Source: an uncultured delta proteobacterium (GTDB taxonomy: Bacteria; Myxococcota_A; Polyangia; Palsa-1104). From it: 64,000 nt of DNA. Positions 23,489 through 35,584 of this stretch are shown one piece after another. The stretch's first letter is position 1, and each line of letters begins with the position of its first letter. The stretch lies in the NCBI GenBank assembly GCA_963785725.1, contig CAWAWS010000007.1, positions 256,001-320,000 of the forward strand. The letters are read 5' to 3'. Under the pieces are notes generated by a model. It saw only the letters and a list, made by a program, of their open reading frames with translations. It did not search any database and was not told the DNA's origin. The position numbers were made by a program, and so were the translations under genes.

Positions 23489-24862
23489 CTAGATGCGGAT
23501 CTCTTTCCAGGCGCCTTGCGCGAACTTCCAGCCCATCAGCGTGCACAGCAACAAGATGTACGCGAAGGCGCCCATCCACACGCCGAGAACGCCCCAGCCG
23601 AGGAAGATGCCGAAGAAGTAGGCGACCGGAATCAAGCAGAAGAAGTGCAGGCCAAACTCGACGAACATCACGTACTTGGTGTTGCCGGCGCCGAACAACG
23701 CCTGCGTCAACACCAGCGCCGAGAGCACGAACGGCAACAAGAGGCCGCAGATGCGCATGATCGGGATGGCGACGGCGATGACCGCTTCGTCCTTGGTGAA
23801 CACGTGCAGCACGACGCTCGGGAACAGGCAGACCAGCGCGCCGATGACGAGCGTCATGTACACGCCGATCTTGACCGCTTCCCAGCCGTAGCGTTCGGCC
23901 AAGTCGTACTTCTTGGCGCCCATCGACTGGCTGACCAGCGTCGCCGTCGCCGTTCCGTAAGCCATGCAGCCGGTGAAGAACGCCATCAAGATGATGATGA
24001 TCTGCTGCGTGGCCGAGGCGAACAGCGGCCCTTGATGCGCGTTGTCGTCGAGGATGCCGACGATCTTGTAGAACACGCCGAAGCCCGACATGACGAACGC
24101 CGTCGCCAGCGCCGACGGCGCCGACAGCTTGATGAGCTCCCACTGCTGCGCGCCGATCAAGTTGCCCGCGCGGTAGCAATGATAGGTGGTGCGATAAGCG
24201 GGACGCAGCGTCCAGGCGACCATCATGAATAGGCCGATGTAGGAGCTGATCATCGACGCGATGCCCGAGCCTTCCATGCCGAGTCGCGGGCAGCCGAGCA
24301 GGCCGAAGATCATGATGACGTTCAAGACGAAGTTGATGAGGTTCATGACGATGGCGACGCCCATGAACACGCGCGTGCGGCCGAGCCCGTCGAACCAGCT
24401 CTTGTAAGCCATCGTCACGACCATGGCGAACACGCCCGCCATGCGCCATTGCAGGTAAGGCACGCCCAAGCGCACTTCGTCGGGCACGTGATGGATCAGC
24501 CGAAACAGCGACGGCGCGAAGAACCAGCCGAGCACCGACGCGATCGCCGACGTCACGATGGCGACCATGAGCGCGTTGGCGAGCACTTGACCGGCGCGCG
24601 CGTGGTCGTCTTCGCCGAGGCGCCGCGCCGTCATCGCCTGGGTGCCGACCGAAATCGCCGCCAGCGCGCCGCCGACCGCCCAAAAGAGGTTGAGCGCCGG
24701 CCCGAGCGCGGCCTGACCCGGGATCGAGTCGCTCGCCGGCAGCCGCCCGATGAGGATGTGGTCGACCCAGTTGATGAGCGTCTGCGAGACCATCGCGATG
24801 ACGACCGGAACGGCGAGCGAGCCGAGTCTGCGTGCGAGCGCGCGGTCGATGCGAAGGTTCAT
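23489..24862 (-). CDS. MATE family efflux transporter
   Basis: About 12 TM; LAVPV, DGLGRTR, G.EGSGIAS, FGAGNTK. Confidence 0.92.
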   Translation of the reverse strand: MNLRIDRALARRLGSLAVPVVIAMVSQTLINWVDHILIGRLPASDSIPGQAALGPALNLFWAVGGALAAISVGTQAMTARRLGEDDHARAGQVLANALMVAIVTSAIASVLGWFFAPSLFRLIHHVPDEVRLGVPYLQWRMAGVFAMVVTMAYKSWFDGLGRTRVFMGVAIVMNLINFVLNVIMIFGLLGCPRLGMEGSGIASMISSYIGLFMMVAWTLRPAYRTTYHCYRAGNLIGAQQWELIKLSAPSALATAFVMSGFGVFYKIVGILDDNAHQGPLFASATQQIIIILMAFFTGCMAYGTATATLVSQSMGAKKYDLAERYGWEAVKIGVYMTLVIGALVCLFPSVVLHVFTKDEAVIAVAIPIMRICGLLLPFVLSALVLTQALFGAGNTKYVMFVEFGLHFFCLIPVAYFFGIFLGWGVLGVWMGAFAYILLLCTLMGWKFAQGAWKEIRI

Positions 24863-24930
24863 CGGGAACCGGTGTTCTAGCCTACTCGCCCGTGTGGTTC
24901 AAGTTGGCACGCTTACGGCGAGCCTGAAGA

Positions 24931-24959
24931 TTGACACGCCGCGACGGTGGGTCTAGCTT
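24931..24959 (+). promoter_or_regulatory. Sigma70 promoter of pal-cpoB, leaderless geometry
   Basis: TTGACA-N17-TAGCTT, 6 nt before ATG 24966. Confidence 0.75.
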
Positions 24960-24965
24960 TCGCGC

Positions 24966-25664
24966 ATGATACGCGCCCACCTCGGCTTGCCGGCGCTGCT
25001 CCTGATCGCGCTCGCGACCGGTTGCCCAGCGAAATATCCCAAGTGTTCGCAGGATAAGGACTGTCACGCCAAGGAATACTGCGTCCACGAGCAGTGTCAG
25101 CAGTGCCGCGGCGACAGCGACTGCCCCAGCGGCCAAAAGTGCAACGCCGGCCGCTGCGAGGCGCCCGAGCCGGTGTCGATGGCCTGCAGCGACGACAGCC
25201 AGTGCCCGGCCGGGCAGTCGTGCATCGGCGGCGCCTGCGCGGCCTGCACGTCCGACTCGCAGTGCGGCGCCGGCGGCAAGTGCAACGCCGGCCGCTGCGC
25301 GCGCGCCTCGTCCGATAGCGGCAACGACGGCAGCACGCAAGGCAACGGCTGCACGCTCGAGACGGTCTACTTCGACTTCAACGAGTCGGCGCTCACGACC
25401 GAGGCCACCGGCGCCATCGATCGCGACGCCGACTGCCTCAAGAAGGGCACGAAACCGGCGACGCTGACCGGCCGCACCGACACGCGCGGCACCGAAGAGT
25501 ACAACCTGGCCTTGAGCGACAAGCGCGCGCAATCGGTCAAGGATCGGCTGACGCGCATGGGCGTGTCGGCGGCGTTGAAGACGGTGGCGCGCGGCGAGAT
25601 GGACGCCAGCGGCACGGATGAAGCAGGCTGGGCCAAAGATCGCCGGGTGGACGTGACATGGTGA
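24966..25664 (+). CDS. pal: Pal/OmpA-C lipoprotein with Cys-rich N-terminal repeats
   Basis: Lipobox LATGC; VYFDFN, D.RGTEEYNLALS..RA, DRRV; upstream of cpoB. Confidence 0.8.
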   Translation: MIRAHLGLPALLLIALATGCPAKYPKCSQDKDCHAKEYCVHEQCQQCRGDSDCPSGQKCNAGRCEAPEPVSMACSDDSQCPAGQSCIGGACAACTSDSQCGAGGKCNAGRCARASSDSGNDGSTQGNGCTLETVYFDFNESALTTEATGAIDRDADCLKKGTKPATLTGRTDTRGTEEYNLALSDKRAQSVKDRLTRMGVSAALKTVARGEMDASGTDEAGWAKDRRVDVTW

Positions 25665-26497
25665 GCGACACGATGATGATGCGACGTGCGGGTGCGCTGG
25701 TTCTATTGTCGACGGTTTCGGGCTGCTTCGCGTTCGTGACCAAAGAGGAAGGCAAGGAGCTCAAGCAGCAGATCGACGACGTCAAGCAGATGTCGGCCAA
25801 GAACGAAGTGCGCGCCGGCGAGCTGGCGGCCGAGCTCGACTCGCAGCTCAAGCGGCTGCGCGGCGTGGTCGACGAAGCGACGAAAGTCGTGACGCGCAAC
25901 TCCGCCGACGTCGGGCAGACCGTCGAGAAGCTGCAGACCGATTTGGCGCAGCTGACCGGGCGCATCGACGACATCCAGCATGCGCAAGACGCGCTGACGA
26001 AGCAGTTCCAGGACTATCGCGCGGCGACGGAGACGAAGCTGGAGCAGCTCGTCAACGAGTCGGCTGCGACCAAGACGCCGCCGATTCCGACGACGCCGGA
26101 CGCGCTCTACGCCGAGGCCGAGACGCGGCTGCAGGCGCAGCAGGGACCGGACGCGCGCCGGCTGTTCAACGCGTTCGTCGCGAAATATCCCAACGATCCG
26201 CGCGCGCCCAAGGCGCAATTTCAGATCGGCGAGTCGTTCTGGAGCGAGAAGCGCTACTCGAACGCGATCGGCGAGTACAGCAAGGTCGTCGACAACTATC
26301 CCAAGAGCGACATGAAGCCCGAGGCGATGTACAAGAACGGGCTGGCGTTCTACGCGCTCAAATACTGCACCGACGCGCGCATCTACTTCACCGAGCTGTT
26401 GCGGCTCTATCCGAAGACGAAGTGGAAGAAAGACGTCGCCGACGAGCTGCGCAAGCTGGCGAAGGACCTGAAGAACCGGAACGTCTGCACGTCGTGA
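25658..26497 (+). CDS. cpoB: CpoB/YbgF-like coiled-coil + TPR lipoprotein (exact start uncertain)
   Basis: Coiled coil, then AQFQIGE, YPKS, AMYKNG TPRs; follows pal. Confidence 0.8.
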   Translation: MVSDTMMMRRAGALVLLSTVSGCFAFVTKEEGKELKQQIDDVKQMSAKNEVRAGELAAELDSQLKRLRGVVDEATKVVTRNSADVGQTVEKLQTDLAQLTGRIDDIQHAQDALTKQFQDYRAATETKLEQLVNESAATKTPPIPTTPDALYAEAETRLQAQQGPDARRLFNAFVAKYPNDPRAPKAQFQIGESFWSEKRYSNAIGEYSKVVDNYPKSDMKPEAMYKNGLAFYALKYCTDARIYFTELLRLYPKTKWKKDVADELRKLAKDLKNRNVCTS

Positions 26498-26796
26498 CCG
26501 ACGCCGACGACCGGCGCTTCGTCAACAATCCGTTCGCGCAGGCGCTGCATCCGCCGCGCCGCAAGCGCTCGACGATCGCCTGGATCGCATTGATTTTGGT
26601 CTCGATTTTCGGCGCGGTCGTGATGTCGGCGGCGTTCGTGTTGCCGCTCGTCTTCGGCTACGGCCTCTTGGTCGGCGGCGTACGCGGGCACCACCCGGGC
26701 ATGTTGGCCGCCGGCATCATCGTCGCGCTCGTGTACGCGGCGGCGCTGCGCGGTGCCGTGCGCAGCTGGCTCGGCCGGCGGAAGCGCGCGTCATGA
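26494..26796 (+). CDS. Small membrane protein
   Basis: GTGA and ATGA overlaps with both neighbours; two hydrophobic segments. Confidence 0.65.
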   Translation: MTDADDRRFVNNPFAQALHPPRRKRSTIAWIALILVSIFGAVVMSAAFVLPLVFGYGLLVGGVRGHHPGMLAAGIIVALVYAAALRGAVRSWLGRRKRAS

Positions 26797-27428
26797 TCGC
26801 GCTGCGCGGCCTGTACGGCATGATCGATCTGCCGGCTGGCGACGGCGGGGCAGATCGTGCGGCCGAGGCGACGCGGCTGGCGTCCGAGCTGCTCGATGGC
26901 GGCGCTTGCGTGCTGCAGCTGCGCATGAAGGACGCGAGCGGCGCCGAGCTGTACGCGGTCGCGCAGCGGTTGCAGCGGCTGTGTCGTCAGCAGAACGTGC
27001 CGTTCATCGTCAACGATCGGCTCGATGTCGCGCTGGCGGCGGCCGCCGACGGCGTGCATCTCGGGCAGGACGATCTGCCGCTGGCCGCCGCGCGTCCGCT
27101 CGTGCCGGCCGGCTTCGTCATCGGCATTTCGACGCATAACGAGGCGCAGGCGCGCGCCGCCATCGCCGGCGGCGCCGACTATCTCGGCTTCGGCCCCTGC
27201 TTTCCGACGCACACGAAGCGCAATCCCGATCCCGTCGTGGGGCTCGAGCGGCTGGCGTTCGTGAGCGGCTTGGGCGCGCCCGTCGTTGCCATCGGCGGCA
27301 TTACGCTCGATACGATCGCCGCCGTCGCCGCCACCGGCGTCGCCGCTGCCGCCGTCATCCGCGCCGTCAACACCGCGCCCGACGTCGTCGTTGCCGCCGC
27401 CCGCGTCACCGCGGCCTTCGCCCGCTAG
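26793..27428 (+). CDS. thiE: Thiamine-phosphate synthase
   Basis: QLRMK, VNDR.D, GVHLGQDD, GISTH, T.TK, AIGGI. Confidence 0.95.
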   Translation: MIALRGLYGMIDLPAGDGGADRAAEATRLASELLDGGACVLQLRMKDASGAELYAVAQRLQRLCRQQNVPFIVNDRLDVALAAAADGVHLGQDDLPLAAARPLVPAGFVIGISTHNEAQARAAIAGGADYLGFGPCFPTHTKRNPDPVVGLERLAFVSGLGAPVVAIGGITLDTIAAVAATGVAAAAVIRAVNTAPDVVVAAARVTAAFAR

Positions 27429-27511
27429 GGGCCTGTTCTCAATCAGCTCCCGTCGCCAAGCTGGCGGCGGGCCGCGTCTGCCGCGTTGCTTCTCGTAAGC
27501 CTGAGCGCTCG

Positions 27512-27880
27512 TCAGCTGGCGCGGCGGCGAATCATTCCTGCCAACATCGTATCGACGCGCGTCAGCTGTGCCGTCAACGACGCCCGCAGCTCGGGCGGCA
27601 GCACGTTGTGCAGGTGCGCGACTTCGACGCAGCTCATCGCCTCGCTGCAGTAGCTGCGCGCGGCCTGAAAGTAGCGCCGCTGATCGCCGCGCTGCGCCTG
27701 CGCCGCGCCGGCCGCGATCTCCGTCAGCAGGCTCGTCATCGCCGTCGCCATGCGCTCGGGCATGCCACCGGCGACGTTCGCCCACAAGCGGCGATGATCG
27801 ATCGTCAGCTGCGCGACCGCTTTGGCGACCTGATAGACCTCGAGCTGCTGGAACGCGAACCGTTGCTTCAACGTCGGCAT
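27512..27880 (-). CDS. Four-helix-bundle protein (23S rRNA IVP-like family)
   Basis: F..LEVYQ.A, S....IA.G, RYF..AR.S..E; SD GGGAGG. Confidence 0.75.
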   Translation of the reverse strand: MPTLKQRFAFQQLEVYQVAKAVAQLTIDHRRLWANVAGGMPERMATAMTSLLTEIAAGAAQAQRGDQRRYFQAARSYCSEAMSCVEVAHLHNVLPPELRASLTAQLTRVDTMLAGMIRRRAS

Positions 27881-28381
27881 ACGCCGGCCTCCCTCTCGAT
27901 CCAGCGTGCCATGGCGCGCCGTCGAGAGCGAACGATTCAATGAGCTGCCGCCTTCTTTGTCGCGTACGCGCCGTTCGTCGCGTCCGCCGAGGGGCTTACC
28001 ACTGGAGCTGTCGCTGTCGTTTACGCTGGTTCATTGTGTGCCTCCGCTGATGGTACCGGCGCTGATGCGCACCGGCGCGCCGGACGTCGAGTCGCTTCCC
28101 CCCGGCGCGACTCGTCCCGTCCGGCGCTGCCGGCGATCACCGGTGAACGCCGCTCGCCCGTGCGCGCCGAAGCTGCCCCCCGACAGCCGGCACTGCTCCG
28201 ATGTGAGTGAAACGTTCATGGAGGAGTTATCGGCGAAGGCGAAAAAGAGTTGCGCGGTGCCCGAAAAAAAGTCGCCGGTTTCACGGTTGGGGCTCGCCCT
28301 TCCTTGCGCCGGCAGGCGAGGGCGAGCGCCGGGGAGGCTCACGGGTCGTCGCGCTTTTCACATGCTATGCTCCGAGCCGCA

Positions 28382-30408
<2,027 letters not shown>

Positions 30409-30412
<4 letters not shown>

Positions 30413-31248
30413 GCACAATCGAGTCGGCGAAGCCGAAAGCGGTCGAGTACATTCACGGCTATTCCGCGGCGGAAGCGGAGCGGCTGATCACGCAGGCGGA
30501 GTTCTTGGCGCCGTGGGTCTTCGACGGCATCGCGCTCGACCATGTCGCGACGCTGCTCGAAGTCGGTGTCGGCGTCGGCGCCGAGACGCGGCTGATCCGG
30601 CAGCGCTGGCCGCGACTGCGCGTCGTCGGCGTCGACATCTCCGACGGGCAATTGGCGCACGCGCGGCGCGTCTTGGCCGACGACGTGGCGTCGGGCGCGG
30701 TCGAGCTGGTGCGCGCGCCGGCGACGGAGACGCCGTTGACGAACGCGTCGGCGGACGCGGCGTTCGTGTGCTGGCTGCTCGAGCACGTCAACGATCCCGA
30801 GGCGGTGTTGCGCGAGTGTGCGCGCGTCGTCAAGCCGGGCGGGACGGTCTACGTGACCGAGGTCTACGACGCGAGCTTGACGCTGGAGCCGCGGCACGCG
30901 CCGATCGAGCGTTATTGGGCGGCGTTTCTCGCGTTGCAGCAGGCGGCGGGCGGGCATCCGAACATCGGCGCGCGGTTGCCGTCGTTGGCGGCGGCGGCGG
31001 GGCTCGAGGTCGTGAGCCATCGCTTCTTGCCGGTGCTGGGCGACGCGCGCGATGCCGACGATCGGCGCGGCAAGCTGCGCTATTTCCGCGCGCTCCTGCA
31101 GTCGGCCGAGCCGCAGCTGCGCGCGGCCGAGGCGTTCGACGCCGCCGAGCTGCCGGCGGTGTGGGCGGCGTTCGACGCGATCGAAGCCGATGCCGATGCG
31201 ATCGTTTGCTACACGATGGCGAAGCTCGAAGCGCGCGTCCGTCCCTAG
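30409..31248 (+). CDS. Class I SAM-dependent methyltransferase
   Basis: YIHGY...[23 protein letters not shown]. Confidence 0.85.
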
Positions 31249-31341
31249 CTCGCCGATTCCGAAAGTGACTTGCCCCACGCGTTGCGCCGATTTGCGCGCG
31301 CGGGCGTGAAGAAATGGCGCGACGACTCGTCGCAAGACGAG

Positions 31342-32454
31342 ATGCGACTTCAGCTGGTGATGATCGGCCTGACGCTGGCGGCGAGCGCGGGTTGCGGCGG
31401 GAGCACGACGCCGCCCGATGCCTACTACCCGCCGTGCAGCGCCGCGAGCGAACAATGTCTCGACCACCTGCAGCTCGCGCCCGGGCTGGGGCTGCCGTTC
31501 TATCGAAACTTCGCGCTGACCACGGCGAACCCGGCCATCACCGAAGCGGTCATCGTGATTCACGGCCTCAGTCGCGATGCCGGTCATTACTTTCAGACGC
31601 TGCAAGGCGCGGCGGCGCAGGCGGGAATCGACGAGCAGACGCTGATCGTCGCGCCCCACTTTCAATGCGACGGCGATCCGATCGCGAGCGGCGACGCGCG
31701 CTGGCTGTGCGACGGCGCCGAGAATTGGGCGCATGGAGGGCGCGACGAGTCGGACTCGGCCGCGGCCGTCTATTCGTTCGGCGCGCTCGATCGATTGGTC
31801 GCGGCCGCGGCCGATCGTTCGCGGTTTCCCAACCTGCAGCGCATCGTCGTGACGGGGCTGTCGGCCGGCGGGCAGATGACGCAGCGGTATGCGGCGCTGA
31901 ACGCGATCGATCCCGGTGTCGGGGTTCCCGTCGAATATGTCGTGCTCAGCCCGTCGTCGTATCTGTACTTCGACGACGATCGGCTGGCCGATGGCGCCAC
32001 GTGTCAGGCGAGCGGCGGCTGCAGCGGCGCGTTCACGCCCTTTTGGGGTGCGTCGAGCTGCCCCGATTACGACGACTATCCGTACGGGCTCGACGCGCGC
32101 AGCGGCTACGTCGCGCAACCCGCGGCGCCGCAAGCCCTCGCGCAATACCTCGCGCGCGACGTGCGCTACTTCGTCGGCAGCGAGGACACGCTGGCCAACG
32201 CCGCCGGCACCAACCTCGACACGTCGTGCTCGGCGAACGCGCAAGGCGTCGATCGCGTGGCGCGGGCGATCGAGTATTGGAACGAGCTGCGCATGCAGTA
32301 TCAGTCGCAGCAGCCGCTCGTCGTCGTGCCGGGATGCGAGCACAGCCGCCCGTGCATGTACGAGTCGCTGGAAGTGCGCGCCGCGGTGTTTCCGGCCGCT
32401 CCGGCCGGCGTGTCGTCGGATCTGTCGCCGGCCGATCTGTCGCCGACCGAATGA
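31342..32454 (+). CDS. Alpha/beta-hydrolase-fold lipoprotein
   Basis: Lipobox SAGC; IHG, GLSAGGQ nucleophile elbow, YPYGL. Confidence 0.75.
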   Translation: MRLQLVMIGLTLAASAGCGGSTTPPDAYYPPCSAASEQCLDHLQLAPGLGLPFYRNFALTTANPAITEAVIVIHGLSRDAGHYFQTLQGAAAQAGIDEQTLIVAPHFQCDGDPIASGDARWLCDGAENWAHGGRDESDSAAAVYSFGALDRLVAAAADRSRFPNLQRIVVTGLSAGGQMTQRYAALNAIDPGVGVPVEYVVLSPSSYLYFDDDRLADGATCQASGGCSGAFTPFWGASSCPDYDDYPYGLDARSGYVAQPAAPQALAQYLARDVRYFVGSEDTLANAAGTNLDTSCSANAQGVDRVARAIEYWNELRMQYQSQQPLVVVPGCEHSRPCMYESLEVRAAVFPAAPAGVSSDLSPADLSPTE

Positions 32455-32515
32455 CCGCGGCGGCCTGATTCGGCTCGCGGGCACAATTTTCGGCGAGTGA
32501 TATTCTTCGTCGGCG

Positions 32516-33379
32516 ATGAAGCCAGGCCAGAGCAGCCAGACAGCGGTGATCGTCTGCATGGGTCGCGCGGCCGCGCACGGCGCGACGTCGGTCGCGAAGT
32601 TCTCGGATCCGACGGCGCTCGCGCTGCTGCCGGCCGAGGCGCGCGCGCAGGTCGAGCGCTTTCGCGCCGGCGTCCTGGAAGGCGGCGTGCGTGCGCGGGT
32701 GGCGCGGTCCGTCCTCGATCGGCGGGCCAAGATGATGATCGCGCGCACCGTCGCCATCGACGAGTCCGTGCGCGCGGCGGCGTCGCCGCAGGTCGTCATC
32801 CTCGGCGCCGGCCTCGACGGGCGCGCGTGGCGCATGCCGGAGCTGCGCGACGCGGTCGTCTTCGAGGTCGACCACCCGGATTCGCAGCGCGACAAGCGAG
32901 CGCGCATCGCGACCTTGACGCAGGCGGCGCGCGACGTTCGCTTCGTGCCGGTCGACTTCGCGCGCGACAAGCTCGACGTCGCGCTCAGCGCCGCCGGTCA
33001 CGATCCGACGCGCGCGACCACTTGGATCTGGGAAGGCGTGGTCATGTACCTGACGGTGGCCGAGGTCGAGGCCACGCTCGCCGTCATCCAGCGGCGATCG
33101 GCGGCCGCGAGCCGCTTGATCATCACCTACCACCGCCCGGCAATCCTACTGCATCTCCTCGGTTTTCTCGTGCGTCGCATCGGCGAGCCGCTGCGTTCGA
33201 CGTTCACCGCTCAGTCGATGCGCGCGCTCTTGGCCAAGCACGGCTTCTTGGTCATCCGCGACGAGGACCTGCCGGCGATCGGCGCCGCGCTAGGGGCCGA
33301 TGTCGGCCACGCGACCCAGGTCATGAAGCACACGCGGATCGTGACGGCCGAACGCTCGACCCCGCCCGATCGGCCGTAG
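32516..33379 (+). CDS. SAM-dependent methyltransferase (LCM/Ppm1-like)
   Basis: QVVILGAGLDGRAWR, FEVDHP, WEGVVMYL. Confidence 0.88.
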   Translation: MKPGQSSQTAVIVCMGRAAAHGATSVAKFSDPTALALLPAEARAQVERFRAGVLEGGVRARVARSVLDRRAKMMIARTVAIDESVRAAASPQVVILGAGLDGRAWRMPELRDAVVFEVDHPDSQRDKRARIATLTQAARDVRFVPVDFARDKLDVALSAAGHDPTRATTWIWEGVVMYLTVAEVEATLAVIQRRSAAASRLIITYHRPAILLHLLGFLVRRIGEPLRSTFTAQSMRALLAKHGFLVIRDEDLPAIGAALGADVGHATQVMKHTRIVTAERSTPPDRP

Positions 33380-33394
33380 CCGCGCCGCCGTCGG

Positions 33395-33634
33395 CTACAG
33401 CGCGTCGAGGAACTGCAGGACCGCGGCTTCGCCTTCGATGAGCCGCGTGCCGTCCCAGATCGCCGGCGCCGCCGTGCCGCCGCGCGCCTGCAGATCGCGC
33501 GTGACCTCGGCGTAGAACACGTTGCGGAAGCGAATGCGTGACTCGAGGCCGCGATCGACGACCCGCTTGCGCGCCGCGGCCGAGCCGGAATCGACGGTCG
33601 AATGAAAGAGCTCGATGGTCGCGTCGTCGCTCAT
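33395..33634 (-). CDS. Small glutaredoxin-like protein lacking CxxC
   Basis: ATGA overlap with the MFS stop; GGTAAPAIWDG..LIEG resembles the Grx TVP/DG region. Confidence 0.55.
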   Translation of the reverse strand: MSDDATIELFHSTVDSGSAAARKRVVDRGLESRIRFRNVFYAEVTRDLQARGGTAAPAIWDGTRLIEGEAAVLQFLDAL

Positions 33635-35538
33635 GCGGCGCCTTTCGTCGTCGTCGCTGTCGTCGCGGCCGGCGGCAGCGCGCGTAACGTCGCGCGCGCC
33701 ACGCTCGTCGCCAACAGCGCCGTTGCGACCAGCCCGTCGAGCCACAAGCCGCGCTTGATGATGGCCAGGTCGTTCCAGCTGCAGCCGCCGGTGATGGCCG
33801 AGAACAGCGTGCCGGCGAGCATGGCGATGAGCGCGACCAACACGGCGCGCACGAGCGCCCGCGGCGGCCGCGCCATCCAGGCCGCCGTCATCGCCACCAG
33901 CGCCAGACCGATCTGCGCGCCCGCGTGCAGCTGATTCTGCAGCAGCGCCGCCGGCACCAGCCGTACGCCGTTGAGCTCGTGCGCCACTTGCTGCGGCAGG
34001 ATGATCGACAAGAGCGACGCGGCGCCGGCCAGGAGCGCGTACACGCCCAGCGTCACCCGCTGCGTCAGATGCACGAGCGCCAACGAGCGTTCGCGTTGCA
34101 TGAGCTGCTCCTCCGTCGGCGCCAGCGGCACGCGACCGGGCACGACGTACCACAGCCGCGCGATGACGAGGGCGCCGATGATCGCGAACGGCAGCGGCGC
34201 CAACGGCCACACGTCGTATTCCGAGCCCGGCGTGCGCGAATCTTTGAACGCGTCCAGCAGGCTGCCCATGCCGAAGCCGACCAGCGCGCCGGCTAGATAT
34301 TGCGCGCCGTCGAAGAGGCCGGCCGCGGTCGCCACTGCCTTCTTGCCGCCGAAGTCCATCGACGCTGCGCCGCCGACGAGCGAATGCGCGCTTTGGATGA
34401 AGAACGCCATCAAGATCAAGAGCGCCGCGCCCGCCCACGCCGAGTGCAGATTTTGCGAGAGCGCCGCCAGCGTCAGCGCCTGGCCGATGAAGGCGAAGAA
34501 GATCACCGGCGCGCGCCGCGAGCCGAACACCTTGTCCGACGCGTTGCCGGCGACGATACCGCCGAGCACGGCCGCGATCGGCGTTCCCCAGGTCACGATG
34601 ATGTACGGCCAGAACGTCGAGCGCTGGGCCGCCGACATGTGGAAGACGGCGCCGATGTAGCGCGTCCACCAGTGGTCGATCGAGTTGCGCACCATGCCGA
34701 TGCACATCGAGGAGGCGGCGATCAGCCACGCCGCGCGCGACGCGAACACCTTGCGCAGGACGAAGCCGAGCGACGGCTTTTGCGCGGCTTCGGCGGCGGT
34801 CTCGTCGGCGGTGTTGAACGTGAAGCCCGCTTTTTCCGGCGAATCCTCGACGAAACGGCGGTTCAAGAAGAACATCGCGATCAAGATCGCGGCCGGGATC
34901 CAGAAGCAATATTGCCACGGCAAAAAGCGCAGGAGGAGCGGCGACAGCGACAGCGCCAGCGAGCGCCCGCCCTGAATCATGATGCCGAAGATGCCGGCGA
35001 AGGAGCCGCGCTCGCGCACGTGGAACCAGGCGGCGTTGATCTTGACGATCGAGAGCGCGCCGAACGATTGGAAATAGTGGTTCGCGCCCCACAGTGACGC
35101 GAAGGTGGCGAGCATCGTCGTCGTCGTCATGCCGTGCGCGAGGAAGGCGGGCGTGACGACTTTGCCGTTCTTCCACACGGCGTCGTGGCCGAGGAAGATG
35201 AAGCACAAGCCGAACAAGAAGTTGAAGACCGCGGCGCCGAGGGAGCCGATCAGGATCGCGCGCTTGCCGCCGATGCGATCGGCGAGCGGGCCGTTGAGAA
35301 AGACGGACAGGCCGTAGACCAGCGTTCCGGTGGTGATGATCCAGCCGAACTGCGTGTTGCTCCAGCCGAATTTCTCGCCGATGGTGTCGGAGATCGCGCT
35401 GAAGTTGTAGCGCGACATGTAGAAGAAGCCGTACATGAGGCCGAGAAAGACCCAGTTTTGCGCGCGGCGGGCGCGGAAACCGGGCGGATGCTCGACCGGC
35501 GGCGCCGAGGCCGCGCTGCGCGTGTCGACGGTGCTCAT
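33631..35538 (-). CDS. MFS transporter (GlpT/OPA-like) with extra C-terminal membrane domain
   Basis: FYMSRYN, GPLADRIG, WFHVRERG, ATAAGLFDG. Confidence 0.85.
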   Translation of the reverse strand: MSTVDTRSAASAPPVEHPPGFRARRAQNWVFLGLMYGFFYMSRYNFSAISDTIGEKFGWSNTQFGWIITTGTLVYGLSVFLNGPLADRIGGKRAILIGSLGAAVFNFLFGLCFIFLGHDAVWKNGKVVTPAFLAHGMTTTTMLATFASLWGANHYFQSFGALSIVKINAAWFHVRERGSFAGIFGIMIQGGRSLALSLSPLLLRFLPWQYCFWIPAAILIAMFFLNRRFVEDSPEKAGFTFNTADETAAEAAQKPSLGFVLRKVFASRAAWLIAASSMCIGMVRNSIDHWWTRYIGAVFHMSAAQRSTFWPYIIVTWGTPIAAVLGGIVAGNASDKVFGSRRAPVIFFAFIGQALTLAALSQNLHSAWAGAALLILMAFFIQSAHSLVGGAASMDFGGKKAVATAAGLFDGAQYLAGALVGFGMGSLLDAFKDSRTPGSEYDVWPLAPLPFAIIGALVIARLWYVVPGRVPLAPTEEQLMQRERSLALVHLTQRVTLGVYALLAGAASLLSIILPQQVAHELNGVRLVPAALLQNQLHAGAQIGLALVAMTAAWMARPPRALVRAVLVALIAMLAGTLFSAITGGCSWNDLAIIKRGLWLDGLVATALLATSVARATLRALPPAATTATTTKGAA

Positions 35539-35584
35539 GTAAGGCCGCGTTGATAACACGGCCCGGTCGTGCTGTCATCGCCGC

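Noticed and set aside
27512..27880. Avd of a diversity-generating retroelement, or an rRNA intervening sequence
   Set aside because: No reverse transcriptase, TR/VR pair or rRNA in the window
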